Shown: piece after piece, positions 1-9,417 of the stretch
Position numbering within the stretch: position 1 is the first letter of the stretch
Layout of the letters: every line of letters starts with the position of its first letter
Assembly (NCBI GenBank): GCA_026397405.1
Contig: JAPLUW010000002.1
Location: forward strand, 40,214-104,213
Reading direction: 5' to 3'
DNA: 64,000 nucleotides
Source: Candidatus Adlerbacteria bacterium
GTDB taxonomy: Bacteria > Patescibacteriota > Minisyncoccia > Phycocordibacterales > SBAW01
Notes under the pieces: generated by a model
What the model saw: only the letters and a program-made list of their open reading frames with translations
The model's database searches: none
What the model was told of the DNA's origin: nothing
Program-made: the position numbers and the translations under genes

Positions 1-912
1 CCAGTAGCGCAATGCACGCGGGGAAAACCCACGGTCCATAAAACTTTTAAGCGTAATGGCGTTGCCAACCGACTTACCGATGCGTTTAGACTCTATAGTA
101 ATAAATTCGTTATGCATCCAATAGCGAACAAACTGTTTTCCTGTCACTGCTTCGGCCTGTGCAATTTCGTTATTGTGATGGATAGAAATATGGTCGATGC
201 CACCCGTGTGGATGTCTATCTGTTTTCCGAGCAAGGTAAAGATCATCGCGGTGCATTCAATGTGCCACCCTGGGAACCCAAGCCCCCACGGTGACTTCCA
301 CCCCAGCTTGTTGTCAGACTTCCACAATATAAAGTCAGCAGGATTTCGTTTTTCCGGATTTATTTCGAGCCGGGCACCTGCTTCTTGTTCGACTGCGTTC
401 ATGCCGCCAAGTTTGCCGTATCCTGCAAATTTTTTTGTATCAAAATATACTCCGTCATTTGCAACATAGGCGTAGCCTTTTTGTTCGAGCGTGCTAATAA
501 GCGCTATCTGCTCGGGGACGTATGCGCTTGCGCGAGGGAATGTTATCCGTTTTGTGTCGACACCAATAGACGTAAGGTCTTCCAAGAAAGCTTCTGCGTA
601 GCGTTCGGCCAACACGCGCATATTTTTCATCGTCAACGCAAGCCCTTCGCGTTTGAGGCCTTTTGTCATTTTGTCTTCGCCTTCGTCGGCGTCGGAAATT
701 AAATGTCCAAAGTCGGTGATGTTAATTACTTGCTTCACATTGTAGCGCCATGCGTCGAGTGTGCGGCGCAAAGTATCGGCAAAAATATACGACCGCAAAT
801 TGCCTATGGTTGCATAGTCGTACACAGTGGGGCCGCAGTTGTACATCTTGACCTCTTTTGCGGAGAGGGGAGTAAAGGCCTCGAGCGTGCCCGAAAGCGT
901 GCTGTGGAGCAT
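1..912 (-). CDS. cysS: cysteine--tRNA ligase (N-terminal ~304 aa; C-terminus beyond window start)
   Basis: The reverse-strand translation is continuous with no stops: MLHSTLSGTLEAFTPLSAKEVKMYNCGPTVYDYATIGN...GFPGWHIECTAM...KRIGKSVGN. These are the class I HIGH-like, zinc-site and KMSKS-like motifs typical of CysRS. The plus-strand ORFs in the track are antisense artifacts. Confidence 0.85.
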   Translation of the reverse strand, partial: MLHSTLSGTLEAFTPLSAKEVKMYNCGPTVYDYATIGNLRSYIFADTLRRTLDAWRYNVKQVINITDFGHLISDADEGEDKMTKGLKREGLALTMKNMRVLAERYAEAFLEDLTSIGVDTKRITFPRASAYVPEQIALISTLEQKGYAYVANDGVYFDTKKFAGYGKLGGMNAVEQEAGARLEINPEKRNPADFILWKSDNKLGWKSPWGLGFPGWHIECTAMIFTLLGKQIDIHTGGIDHISIHHNNEIAQAEAVTGKQFVRYWMHNEFITIESKRIGKSVGNAITLKSFMDRGFSPRALRYW

Positions 913-980
913 AAGCGGTGGAAGGTCCACGCCCGGCCCTCCTGCAGGTTTGGTTCGTTTGAGAAATGAAAACATGTGGT

Positions 981-1913
981 TTAGAGCCAGTCCTTATGCT
1001 TAAAATATACAAAACATGTGCAGGCGACTGTCGCCATACCCCCTGATACTATCCAAAAATCGTAGTGGCTGCCAATAATAGGCATGTGCTGTGCGTTCAT
1101 CCCAAAAAGCCCTGCAATAAATGACAACGGCAAAAAGATAAATGCGAGCACCGTAAACTCCCTCATTATTTCATTTTGTTTTGTCGTTAAGAGAGAGTTG
1201 TTTGTCTCGCGTAGCTCGGTCAGCGAGTCGTGCAGGTTTACCAGTGTTCGCCTAATGCGTTCGTACGCACCTTCCAAGTTGCGCAGGTGGTAGGAAAATT
1301 CTGCACCAAACATGCGCGTGCCAACAGGTTCGAACGACTTGAGCATTTCTTCATGGGGAGCAAGTGACTGTTTAAAATCGTGTATGGTCCGGCCCACTTT
1401 GGAAAGTTCTGCAACCATGCGGCGTTCGTCGCCGCTAAAAATATGCTCTTCGATATTTTGCAGGCGGCGATGCACCGTGCTGCAGCCGCTTTCGAGTGCC
1501 TGGTAGAGGTTGCGCACCATAGAAATAAACAAGTGCCCGCCGTGCGAGGTGGTGGTGTCTGTCCCGAGCACGCCCGCAACTTCAAACGCTTTTGCAAACG
1601 AATGCAGCGGGTCGACATTTTCGTACCTGGTGGTTATCAAAAAGTTTTTACCAATTAAAAAGTCTATCTCCTGCTCGGGAGTTTGGTGCATGCTCCGCAT
1701 AATAGGGAAATGTAAAATGACATATATCACGTCGCCGCGTTTTTCTACCTTGGGTTTGTAGGAGGGGAGCAAAAGCTCTTCAGCAATAAGGGGGTCTATC
1801 CCAAATTCGTGCATCAAGCCGCGCACTTCTGCCGGCGTTGGCGAAACGCAGTCTATCCACACGAGATTCTCGCGCACGTATCTCGTCAACATATAGAAAT
1901 AGTATAGCACCAC
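981..1913 (-). CDS. corA: CorA family magnesium/cobalt transporter
   Basis: 310 aa with a GMN motif (LFGMNAQ) in the penultimate TM helix and two C-terminal TM helices. Length and topology are typical of CorA. Confidence 0.85.
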   Translation of the reverse strand: MVLYYFYMLTRYVRENLVWIDCVSPTPAEVRGLMHEFGIDPLIAEELLLPSYKPKVEKRGDVIYVILHFPIMRSMHQTPEQEIDFLIGKNFLITTRYENVDPLHSFAKAFEVAGVLGTDTTTSHGGHLFISMVRNLYQALESGCSTVHRRLQNIEEHIFSGDERRMVAELSKVGRTIHDFKQSLAPHEEMLKSFEPVGTRMFGAEFSYHLRNLEGAYERIRRTLVNLHDSLTELRETNNSLLTTKQNEIMREFTVLAFIFLPLSFIAGLFGMNAQHMPIIGSHYDFWIVSGGMATVACTCFVYFKHKDWL

Positions 1914-1938
1914 AAAATCGCATCCAATGTTCCATTTG

Positions 1939-1947
1939 TGATATACT
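1939..1947 (+). promoter_or_regulatory. extended -10 element (TGaTATACT) about 12 nt upstream of the ctpA ATG; no SD, possibly a leaderless transcript
   Basis: Sequence tgtgatatact lies immediately upstream of the ATG at 1959 and no SD is visible. This is a sequence-motif call only. Confidence 0.35.
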
Positions 1948-1958
1948 GACAGCCACGT

Positions 1959-3188
1959 ATGACATCATCTAAATGGAAGGCAGCAGCGGTACTTGTAGCA
2001 ATTGTCGGAGCATTTTATGTAGGTGTCTCGATGCACCAACAGAGCGTTTCTGCGGCGGGTGGCATTACAACGAATGTAGTCTCTAGCACAAGCCAACCAA
2101 CAGACGTAGACATGAAGCAATTTTGGACCGCCTACCAATTGCTCAACAGCAACTTTGTGATGGTCCACGCATCAAGCACATTCCCAACTCAGCAAGAACA
2201 AATATATGGCGCAATTGCGGGACTTACTGCAAGTTTTAACGACCCCTACACTGTCTTTTTCCCACCGTCCGACGCGACTGTGTTCCAGCAGGACATCAGC
2301 GGTTCATTTGGAGGCGTTGGTATGGAAATAGACAACAATGCATCAGGGCAATTGGTGGTGGTGTCGGCACTTAAAAATACTCCAGCAGAACGTGCGGGTA
2401 TACAGAGTGGCGACATTATCGTGGCCATTGGTGCAACAAGTACGGCAAACATCCCTTCCGACCAAGCCGTTAAAATTATTCGCGGACCCATCGGGACAAC
2501 GGTTACTCTCAAAATACAACGCGTAGGGGAAGCAAAACCTCTTAGTGTTTCAATTGTTCGCGACACTATCAATATCCCAGTTCTCGACACCCACAAACGT
2601 GACGACGGAATATTTGTTATCAACCTCTACAGCTTTTCAGAAAATTCTGTTGACCTCTTCCTCGCTGCGCTGCGCCAGTTTATACAGTCGGGCGACACCA
2701 AGCTTATCCTCGACCTGCGTGGCAACCCAGGCGGATACCTAGACGCGGCAGTTAACATGGCAAGCTACTTCTTGCCAGTTGGCGACACGGTGGTGACAGA
2801 AGACTTTAAGGGCAAACAAGACAATGTCGACCATCGCAGCCTTGGGTACAACATCTTCCAAGGTAATTCGAACTTTAAAATGGCAGTGCTGGTAAACCAA
2901 GGCTCCGCGTCGGCGTCAGAGATTTTGGCAGGTGCGTTGCAACAACACGGAGTGGCAAAACTTGTGGGTACGCGTAGTTTTGGCAAAGGCTCGGTGCAAG
3001 AGTTGATGGACTTAGGAGGTGGAGCAGAACTTAAGGTCACTATTGCTCGCTGGCTGACACCAAACGGTAGTTCAATTTCAGACGGCGGTCTGCAGCCCGA
3101 CATCCAGGCTGCACGCACCCTCGACGACGTAAAAGCAGGCAACGATCCGCAAACAAACGCAGCGGTTCTGTATTTGCTCAACAACTAA
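1959..3188 (+). CDS. ctpA: C-terminal processing peptidase (S41 family, tail-specific protease) with PDZ domain
   Basis: N-terminal TM/signal segment, PDZ-like [21 protein letters not shown] and the SASASEI catalytic serine region typical of S41. Confidence 0.8.
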   Translation: MTSSKWKAAAVLVAIVGAFYVGVSMHQQSVSAAGGITTNVVSSTSQPTDVDMKQFWTAYQLLNSNFVMVHASSTFPTQQEQIYGAIAGLTASFNDPYTVFFPPSDATVFQQDISGSFGGVGMEIDNNASGQLVVVSALKNTPAERAGIQSGDIIVAIGATSTANIPSDQAVKIIRGPIGTTVTLKIQRVGEAKPLSVSIVRDTINIPVLDTHKRDDGIFVINLYSFSENSVDLFLAALRQFIQSGDTKLILDLRGNPGGYLDAAVNMASYFLPVGDTVVTEDFKGKQDNVDHRSLGYNIFQGNSNFKMAVLVNQGSASASEILAGALQQHGVAKLVGTRSFGKGSVQELMDLGGGAELKVTIARWLTPNGSSISDGGLQPDIQAARTLDDVKAGNDPQTNAAVLYLLNN

Positions 3189-3210
3189 TACCAGTGTAAT
3201 TTCTCCGGAT

Positions 3211-3651
3211 ATGAAAGTACTATTCCTTAAAGATGTACGAGGTGTTGGACGCGCTATGGAGATTAAAAACGTGGCCGACGGCTATGCGGTTAACTTTCTC
3301 TTTCCTCAAAAATTTGCCGAACCTGCAACAGAAGAAACAGTTAAGCGGGTAGAATCACAAAAAAAAGCAGCAGAAGATGCAATAAAAAAAGAAGAAGATA
3401 TCCTCGACAAAAAAGTACTCTCGCTTAAAGGTAAAAAAATTACCATTACTGCCAAGGCAACTGAAAAAGGTGGTCTCTTTAAATCTATTGTTACAAAAGA
3501 CGTTGCAAAAGCTATTCTGGGCGAACACGCACTCCAAATTCCTGAAAGTTCGATAACTCTTACTCCTACAAAAACAGTGGGGGAACACAAAATAGTGCTT
3601 GCAAGTAAAAATCAAAAAGTGGATATGACTCTTGTTGTTGTCGCGGCATAG
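3211..3651 (+). CDS. rplI: 50S ribosomal protein L9
   Basis: [40 protein letters not shown] matches the L9 N-domain consensus. 146 aa. Confidence 0.85.
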   Translation: MKVLFLKDVRGVGRAMEIKNVADGYAVNFLFPQKFAEPATEETVKRVESQKKAAEDAIKKEEDILDKKVLSLKGKKITITAKATEKGGLFKSIVTKDVAKAILGEHALQIPESSITLTPTKTVGEHKIVLASKNQKVDMTLVVVAA

Positions 3652-3659
3652 TATACTGG

Positions 3660-4109
3660 GTGTACATGATACAAAAAGTAGTTGTGTTTTTTGACAAGCT
3701 TGAAGACCTCGTCCGTGCGCGTTTGAGCCATTGGCCTATTCTCTATTCGTTTATTGGGGGCGTTGGTATCGTCTTGTTTTGGAAAGGTGTCTGGGAAATG
3801 GCAGAATACTATCCTATTTTGTTTGGCTTCCCGTCGGTATTGATAGGGCTCGTGATACTACTTTCTACTGGCCTGCTCGTGTCATTTTTTATAGGTGACA
3901 ATATTATTTTGTCGGGCCTCAAGCACGAAAAAAAGGTCGTGGAAAAAACAGAAACAGAAGTACAGTCGGAAAAAAACAGCATATCCGATGTATTGGCAAA
4001 ACTTGAAACAATAGAAAAAAAGCTGGAAGCGTTTCAAAAAGCAAAAAAGCCCCGCAAAGGGCCTGTTGCTACAAAGATAGAAAAAATAGAAGAAGTGCTT
4101 ACGCAGTAA
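3660..4109 (+). CDS. hypothetical membrane protein (2-3 TM, charged coiled C-terminus)
   Basis: Continuous 149-aa ORF with hydrophobic helices followed by a K/E-rich tail. No recognisable family. Confidence 0.45.
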   Translation: MYMIQKVVVFFDKLEDLVRARLSHWPILYSFIGGVGIVLFWKGVWEMAEYYPILFGFPSVLIGLVILLSTGLLVSFFIGDNIILSGLKHEKKVVEKTETEVQSEKNSISDVLAKLETIEKKLEAFQKAKKPRKGPVATKIEKIEEVLTQ

Positions 4110-4377
4110 CCACGTCGACCGCTGAACGAGTTGTCTTTTTGCCGTTGAAGTTTATTTTACGGACGTTGCGGAATGCTACGACGCCTTCTTTGATAGCAAA
4201 GATGGTGTGGTCTTTACCGAGGCCGACGTTTCGGCCTGGCATCATTGCCGTGCCGCGCTGGCGGACTATGATGTCGCCTATTTTTGCCTTTTGACCGGCA
4301 TAGAGTTTAACACCCAAATATTTTGCATTTGAGTCATTGAGGTTTTTCGCTGTTCCGCCTGCCTTTTTTGATGCCAT
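4099..4377 (-). CDS. rpmA: 50S ribosomal protein L27
   Basis: [29 protein letters not shown]...IVRQRGT...GKDHTIFA matches L27. Start chosen at the internal Met (MASKK). Confidence 0.85.
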   Translation of the reverse strand: MASKKAGGTAKNLNDSNAKYLGVKLYAGQKAKIGDIIVRQRGTAMMPGRNVGLGKDHTIFAIKEGVVAFRNVRKINFNGKKTTRSAVDVVTA

Positions 4378-4461
4378 AAGGTTGTGCAGAGATAGTACCA
4401 AAAACGGGTCATTTAGGCAAGTTTTATTGCCTGGGACTGCATAACAACGTATTATTGAGGC

Positions 4462-5058
4462 ATGTTAGTCGTAGATATTGAAGCCAGCGGCCTGGATGCC
4501 AAGAAAAACTCTATTGTGAGCATTGGGGCCTTGGACCTCGACCACCCGGAAAACCAGCTTTACGAAGAATGCCGGGTTTGGGACGGCGCCCATATAGAAG
4601 AGCAGGCCCTGGAAGTAAACGGCTTTACCCGCGAGCAAATAACCGACCTTGCTAAGCAAAGCGAGGGCGATTTGGTCCACAAGTTTAAAATCTTTGCCGA
4701 AGGCGTTGCCGAGCGTACCTTGGCCGGCCAAAACGTGTCGTTTGACCGCGATTTTTTGCAGGCAGCAGCTGCCCGTGCAGGCCACACCAGCTGGCCGTTT
4801 GCACACCGCACTATAGACACCCATACCCTGTGTTTTATGCATATGGTTAAAAGGGGAGTGACACCCCCTGTAGACCCGGAAAAGCACCATTCCAGCCTTA
4901 ACTTGGACGCTGTGCTCAACTACTGTGGCATTCCAAGCGAACCGCAGCCCCATAACGCCCTTACGGGGGCAAAGTCGCATGCTGAGGTTATCTCCCGTTT
5001 GCTCTACGACAAAAAGCTGCTCCCAGAGTTCGAAGCGTTTGAAATCCCTTGGATATAA
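4462..5058 (+). CDS. DEDD-family 3'-5' exonuclease (DnaQ/epsilon-like)
   Basis: Exo I motif [10 protein letters not shown], Exo II-like FDRDFL and a C-terminal His region. 198 aa. Confidence 0.6.
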   Translation: MLVVDIEASGLDAKKNSIVSIGALDLDHPENQLYEECRVWDGAHIEEQALEVNGFTREQITDLAKQSEGDLVHKFKIFAEGVAERTLAGQNVSFDRDFLQAAAARAGHTSWPFAHRTIDTHTLCFMHMVKRGVTPPVDPEKHHSSLNLDAVLNYCGIPSEPQPHNALTGAKSHAEVISRLLYDKKLLPEFEAFEIPWI

Positions 5059-5152
5059 GCCAAAAAAACCTTATATAACAACATTTTTTATCGTCAAGGC
5101 GATATCCACAGGAAGTGATGGGGAAGGGGGTTTATATGTCAATACCCTCCTA

Positions 5153-5181
5153 TTGACCCCTTGACATATTTTTGATAATGT
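5153..5181 (+). promoter_or_regulatory. candidate sigma70 promoter (TTGACC-N17-TAATGT) upstream of the 5271 gene
   Basis: Motif spacing read directly from the sequence. About 90 nt upstream of the ATG. Confidence 0.3.
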
Positions 5182-5270
5182 ATTGTTTAGTCGGCGGTCG
5201 AGCCGGCTTTTTTCGTGCCTGGCATACCGCCGGCCGTACCACTTAACCCTAACCCTATGCCACTACATTC

Positions 5271-5705
5271 ATGCCTCTTACTCTTGGCCTCGCTCTGGCG
5301 CTCTCTGCGGCACTAGGAACAACCCCCGCAACCACTACAACGCCAGTCCCAACTATCATGTCGCCTCAGGCGCAGACAGTCCGGGAGTATGTACAGACCT
5401 ACTTTGCCGATGAGCCTATTATGGTGGACATCGCGCAGTGCGAGTCGCACTTTCGCCAATACAACAAAAGTGGCGCCGTTTACCGTGGCGTCCAAAATAA
5501 CCAAGACGTTGGGGTGATGCAGATAAACGAGCGCTACCACTTAAACACTGCCGTGAAGACGGGCTTTGACCTCTACAGCCTTGAAGGAAACACCGCCTAC
5601 GCGCGCTATTTGTACGACAAAGAAGGTACCACGCCGTGGGCATCGTCCGAGCCCTGCTGGGGCAAAACAAAGAACGCAAAGTTGCTTGCTCTTGCAGGTA
5701 AATAA
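5271..5705 (+). CDS. secreted lytic transglycosylase (SLT/GH23-like) domain protein
   Basis: Signal-peptide-like N-terminus (LGLALALSAALG). AQCESHF...GVMQINERYH resembles the SLT catalytic E-S...GLMQI pattern. Confidence 0.5.
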   Translation: MPLTLGLALALSAALGTTPATTTTPVPTIMSPQAQTVREYVQTYFADEPIMVDIAQCESHFRQYNKSGAVYRGVQNNQDVGVMQINERYHLNTAVKTGFDLYSLEGNTAYARYLYDKEGTTPWASSEPCWGKTKNAKLLALAGK

Positions 5706-5729
5706 AGTTTGATTCTAAGAGCACAAAAA

Positions 5730-5757
5730 CCACTCCACTAAAAAGGAGTGGTTTTTG
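5730..5757 (+). terminator. rho-independent terminator (ccactcc-loop-ggagtgg + T5)
   Basis: A 7-bp GC stem followed by TTTTT, directly after the stop at 5705. Confidence 0.6.
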
Positions 5758-5759
5758 CT

Positions 5760-6043
5760 ATGTAAAAATAGGGAAGTCAGTTCCCTATTTTTTAAAAAGA
5801 AAATCGCCAGCATGGATAGCTGGCGAAAAAGGGGTACCCCTCGGGACGTGTTGGGAATGAGTTTGGGGCTCACTCGGCTCTTCTGGGGGTCAGAGGAACG
5901 GAGTACTCTTTCCAAACCATGCACGAACGCTCGTACATGCATGTTGTCCCAAGGGGCCTGCTGGAAGTTCGCCGGAGAGGGTAAAGTCCAGGGCGAATCC
6001 AACAGAACGGTCTGCCCATATCCTATACCTTGTCGGACAAGAG
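5760..6043. ncRNA. candidate structured RNA / GC-rich non-coding segment (unclassified)
   Basis: A 285-nt segment with no plausible ORF. Two further hairpins at 5766-5790 (tagggaa..ttcccta + T-run) and 5803-5830 (tcgccagc..gctggcga flanked by A/T runs) precede a G/C-run-rich block (ggggtacccc, ctgggggtcag, ccaaggggcc). I could not match it to RNase P, tmRNA or SRP. Confidence 0.2.
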
Positions 6044-6364
6044 TCAACCATTCTTTCTGAAGCTATCAAAGTACTCCTCTCTGAGTGTGGCGACTTCTTC
6101 CACCACCTCTTTGGCTGCGTGTATGTGTGCACACGCAAGACCTGTTGGTGCAGATAACATAAGGACTGCTAGGGCTGCAAGTAGCCCTACCTCAAGGGGG
6201 CTATCTAAAGATATGAAGGCAAAATAAAAGCAGAGACCCCACATGACGCAGAGCACCCTTAGAACCCTGCGCCAAAATCTCAATTCGGATTCTGCCTCGT
6301 ATCGCCTTTCAAAAGGCTCTGCGAGAACTACCTGAATAGCCATGGCCGACCTCATGAACTTCAT
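6044..6364 (-). CDS. hypothetical small membrane protein (2 TM)
   Basis: 106-aa ORF; the alternative start MAIQ is preceded by GAGGT. Two hydrophobic helices. No family recognised. Confidence 0.4.
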   Translation of the reverse strand: MKFMRSAMAIQVVLAEPFERRYEAESELRFWRRVLRVLCVMWGLCFYFAFISLDSPLEVGLLAALAVLMLSAPTGLACAHIHAAKEVVEEVATLREEYFDSFRKNG

Positions 6365-6812
6365 CCACAGGAGCGTGGTTAAAATTAGAGTAACAGATGA
6401 AGATAGGCGGTCAATAGTTTCTGTCTATTTTCAAACGTATCTGTGTGGGGAAGTAGCTCATAGGAGATGTGTAGTGCGGCACGTAACCACACAGCGTGTT
6501 CAAAGGAACCCTAGTCTTCTAGGCTAATATGAGTCGCAAAAGATATATTGTGCGACGTATAGTTACGAACAAAGAGGGCTCCCCCAAGCTACATACGATT
6601 CTTTACAAAAGAAAAATTTATAGACATTTCTTTTACCACGTCCCTACCCTCGGGGTCTGTAAGAAAATTTCCCCGGAGAATCTATCAACCCTTTTCAAAA
6701 TTTACTGTCAGAATTTTTATTAATAAAACGGGGAAGTACTCCCCTACCAGTTCTATTCCCTTCCAAGTAGAAGTGTGGTATTTTGTGGAAGAAAGCACAT
6801 GGAGGCAGCTGC

Positions 6813-7361
6813 ATGACGGAGTCTTTTGAAAGCCAGCAACTTGGTGATATCACAAAGTGCTGGACGGTTCATTACGGATTTCTTTCGCTCAGGAAAAAGA
6901 ACGTAGTGGTCCGTGCACAACAGGTTGCAATTGAGGGAGAAGGCAACCTCGCCAAAATTGCGACCGCCAAGATAACCATCTTGTATAACGGTATCCTCGC
7001 CTACCAGCGCGAGATTCCGTACCACATGCTATTGGGCAAGAACATGCTCGCGCTGCAAGTCTACACGATGCAGCAGTCGCCGAAGTACATGAATAAAGAG
7101 TTTCGGGCTATCATGTTGCATTTTGTTTTGTTGTGCGACAAGAACATGCCCGGCTATACAAAGGTCTCCTGGTATGGACGAGACCCCCACATCAAACCGA
7201 ATACCTACCGCGACGACTTCCGTCCTGTAGACGGCTACGGCGACTACACCGAACAAGACTCCAAGGCGTTGAGTAGAGGCGCCCTGTTCTTTATAGGCGT
7301 GAGCCTCCTTTTAATTGGCGCGTTTGGGCTCGGGGTTGTCTTCCTAAATCTACGATCTTGA
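6813..7361 (+). CDS. hypothetical protein with C-terminal TM anchor
   Basis: The ATG at 6813 is preceded by GGAGG at 7-nt spacing (the track start at 6783 is TTG). The C-terminus FFIGVSLLLIGAFGLGVVFL is hydrophobic. Confidence 0.45.
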   Translation: MTESFESQQLGDITKCWTVHYGFLSLRKKNVVVRAQQVAIEGEGNLAKIATAKITILYNGILAYQREIPYHMLLGKNMLALQVYTMQQSPKYMNKEFRAIMLHFVLLCDKNMPGYTKVSWYGRDPHIKPNTYRDDFRPVDGYGDYTEQDSKALSRGALFFIGVSLLLIGAFGLGVVFLNLRS

Positions 7362-7386
7362 GAAGTTTCATTTTTCCTTGTTGCTC

Positions 7387-7416
7387 ACCTGCCCCTACCG
7401 GCAGGTTTTCTTTTTT
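7387..7416 (+). terminator. rho-independent terminator (acctgcc-cctacc-ggcaggt + T-run)
   Basis: A 7-bp stem followed by tttcttttttt, downstream of the stop at 7361. Confidence 0.55.
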
Positions 7417-7423
7417 ACATAAG

Positions 7424-7453
7424 AAAATGCCACCCGGGTGGGGCGGCATTTTT
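7424..7453 (-). terminator. hairpin flanked by A- and T-runs (aaaatgcc...ggcatttt), bidirectional terminator; serves the minus-strand gene ending at 7472
   Basis: An 8-bp stem with an inner GC-rich loop stem. Confidence 0.45.
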
Positions 7454-7471
7454 ACGCGGAGATAGCGGAGG

Positions 7472-7630
7472 TCAGTGGAGCGCTGCGTTGCCTAAAATAG
7501 CAGCAATCACCGCCACGATTACAAACAGCAGTAATTCGTAGCTGTCGTTGTTTGGCCGGTCCGTGCCAGCAAAGTGCTTGCCGCCAGCCGCAGTACCTGA
7601 CAAATTGGCAGTAGGCGCGTTCCCTTCCAT
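7472..7630 (-). CDS. small tail-anchored membrane protein (52 aa)
   Basis: The ATG for MEGNAPT... is preceded by AGGAGG at 7 nt. The C-terminal helix is LLLFVIVAVIAAILG. Confidence 0.4.
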   Translation of the reverse strand: MEGNAPTANLSGTAAGGKHFAGTDRPNNDSYELLLFVIVAVIAAILGNAALH

Positions 7631-7730
7631 GTTGAGACCTCCTTTGAAGGACCTCTTCTTTTCTCCATAACTGTAGGACACCTACTGAAAAGGTGCAAGA
7701 GCCCTTGTTCATCGGTGGTTTTCCTTTAAA

Positions 7731-7880
7731 TTAGAAAGGTTTTTCGCCGCGGATAAGGCGAACGAGTACCATGATAATTGCAACGACAAGCAGTACGTGG
7801 ATAAACCCACCAATAGTGTAGGACGTTACAACACCCAAAAGCCACAATATCAATAAAATAACGGCAATAGTGTACAGCAT
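7731..7880 (-). CDS. lmo0937-family small membrane protein (49 aa; below ORF-track cutoff)
   Basis: Hand translation: MLYTIAVILLILWLLGVVTSYTIGGFIHVLLVVAIIMVLVRLIRGEKPF. This matches the conserved two-helix pattern of the lmo0937 family. Confidence 0.5.
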   Translation of the reverse strand: MLYTIAVILLILWLLGVVTSYTIGGFIHVLLVVAIIMVLVRLIRGEKPF

Positions 7881-7979
7881 GAGATTTTAGTTTAGTAAGT
7901 AAATAGCTACAGGTAAGATGACGGGCTCACGCGCCACTTATTACCAACTTGTATCGGCCAGGAGGTGTAGAATGGCGAT

Positions 7980-8633
7980 ATGCAAAACTATGCTGTCCAA
8001 CTGAAGTCCGTCCTTTCGCCCGCAGAAACAGCGCTATTTAAACGCCTCTCTTCCGCAAACAAAATACAAGACTTTTTAGATGAAATGCCGATTAATTTTG
8101 AATACCAAGGCGACACTATTTATTCGCCCCGGCAGGTAGTAGCACAGGGTAAGGCGCACTGCATTGAAGGCGCGCTGTTGGCCGCCGTTGTACTTGCCTA
8201 CCACGGCCAGCGGCCACTGTTACTCGACTTACAAACCCTTCCCTACGACGACGACCATGTCGTAGCGTTGTTTAAGGAAAACGGCTACTGGGGTGCTATA
8301 AGCAAAACAAACCACGCTATTTTACGGTGGCGCGACCCGGTGTACAAAACAGTTCGCGAACTTGCGATGTCGTTTTTTCACGAGTACTACATGAACGACG
8401 GTGTTAAAACTCTGCGTGCCTTTTCTCGCCCGTTTGACCTGCGCCGCTATGCGCCCGGAGACTGGGTTGTGTCGGAGGCTCCTCTTGAGCGTATTGCAGA
8501 AGAGTTGGACGACTCGCCCCACTTCCCTATTTTGCAGGGCATAACTAAAAAATCGCTTCGCAAAGCATCTCTTGCTGAATGTAAAATACTCGACGTTGTC
8601 GAATGGGAGTCAGAAAAAAAGAAACTGCTCTAG
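7980..8633 (+). CDS. hypothetical protein, possible papain/transglutaminase-like cysteine peptidase fold
   Basis: GKAHCIEGALLAAVVLAYHG (Cys at a helix N-terminus) followed about 32 aa later by DDDHVVALF..GYWG, which is a Cys-His arrangement. AGGAGG upstream. Confidence 0.4.
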   Translation: MQNYAVQLKSVLSPAETALFKRLSSANKIQDFLDEMPINFEYQGDTIYSPRQVVAQGKAHCIEGALLAAVVLAYHGQRPLLLDLQTLPYDDDHVVALFKENGYWGAISKTNHAILRWRDPVYKTVRELAMSFFHEYYMNDGVKTLRAFSRPFDLRRYAPGDWVVSEAPLERIAEELDDSPHFPILQGITKKSLRKASLAECKILDVVEWESEKKKLL

Positions 8634-8643
8634 TGCTACTGCG

Positions 8644-9417
8644 TTAGTTTTTAAACCCAGTACCGCGTTTAAACAAAACGAGTGCAGTGACAGCAAGTAC
8701 GAGGGTGATCCCTATAAGGAGCGTAAAGCTTGTTGCAATTGAAACGTCGCTAAACCCTAGGAAGCCGTACCGGAAGGCATTAACTATGTAGAGTATTGGG
8801 TTAAACAACGACACGGCACGCCAAAACGGTGGAAACTGGTCGATGGAGTAAAAGATACCGCCCAAGTATGTTAGTGGCGTCAGCACAAACGTTGGCACAA
8901 TAGAAATGCCGTCAAAGCCTTTTGCAAAAATCCCGTTCACAAGTCCCGCAAGCGAAAACATGACCGAGGTAAGCACTACCGCACACAACAACACCGCAAT
9001 GTTGTAAATTATCAAGTGTGTGAAAAAAAGCGAGACTATAAGCACGAGTGTTCCAACAAGGAGGCCTCGCATCACCCCACCACTTACGTACCCTGCGATA
9101 ACAACCCAGTCGGGTGTTGGTGACACAAGCACTTCGTCTAAGTTGCGCTGCCACTTAGCAAAGTAAAAAGTCGAAACCGTGTTCATGTACGAGCTGGTGA
9201 TAACCGACATCATAATCAGGCCCGGCACAATAAACTGCATGTAACTAAAGCCGTGTATGGCTTGCAACTGCGAGCCTATAAACGAACCAAAGACAATAAA
9301 ATACAGGCCTGTTGTGACAACTGGCGGGAGCAGAGTCTGGCTCCAGATGCGCACCATACGCACAAACTCTTTGCGCAACATAGTGTAGTAGGAAATCCAA
9401 ATTTTTGCCGGGCTCAT
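8644..9417 (-). CDS. ABC-2 type transporter permease
   Basis: 257 aa with six TM segments. It overlaps the upstream ATPase by 4 nt, the typical ABC-2 arrangement. Confidence 0.75.
   Translation of the reverse strand: MSPAKIWISYYTMLRKEFVRMVRIWSQTLLPPVVTTGLYFIVFGSFIGSQLQAIHGFSYMQFIVPGLIMMSVITSSYMNTVSTFYFAKWQRNLDEVLVSPTPDWVVIAGYVSGGVMRGLLVGTLVLIVSLFFTHLIIYNIAVLLCAVVLTSVMFSLAGLVNGIFAKGFDGISIVPTFVLTPLTYLGGIFYSIDQFPPFWRAVSLFNPILYIVNAFRYGFLGFSDVSIATSFTLLIGITLVLAVTALVLFKRGTGFKN

Noticed and set aside
112-969. Four plus-strand ORFs (60-105 aa) in the first kilobase
   Set aside because: They are antisense to a continuous, well-conserved CysRS reading frame on the minus strand, and their own translations are low-complexity.
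5960-6010. RNase P RNA-like string GAGGGTAAAGTCCAGGGC (similar to the P4 5' strand GAGGAAAGUCCGGGC)
   Set aside because: Other conserved RNase P elements are not present nearby on either strand: GGGCAGG, the AAGGGUGAAA/GGUAAGAGCGCACC region, and the 3' ACAGAACCCGGCU pairing partner. It is kept only as part of the unclassified ncRNA candidate.
5831-6043. tmRNA (segment starts with GGGG, structured)
   Set aside because: There is no tRNA-like T-arm (GGTTCGAATCC-type) or CCA end, and no plausible tag-peptide ORF ending in AA-stop.
5715-6060. ORFs 5755..6060 (+) and 5715..6047 (-)
   Set aside because: Both span terminator hairpins, have non-protein-like composition, and lack start signals.
6529-6723. 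64-aa basic ORF (MSRKRYIVRR…)
   Set aside because: No SD or promoter-like signal, and the composition is odd. It is left as part of the low-density islet rather than called.
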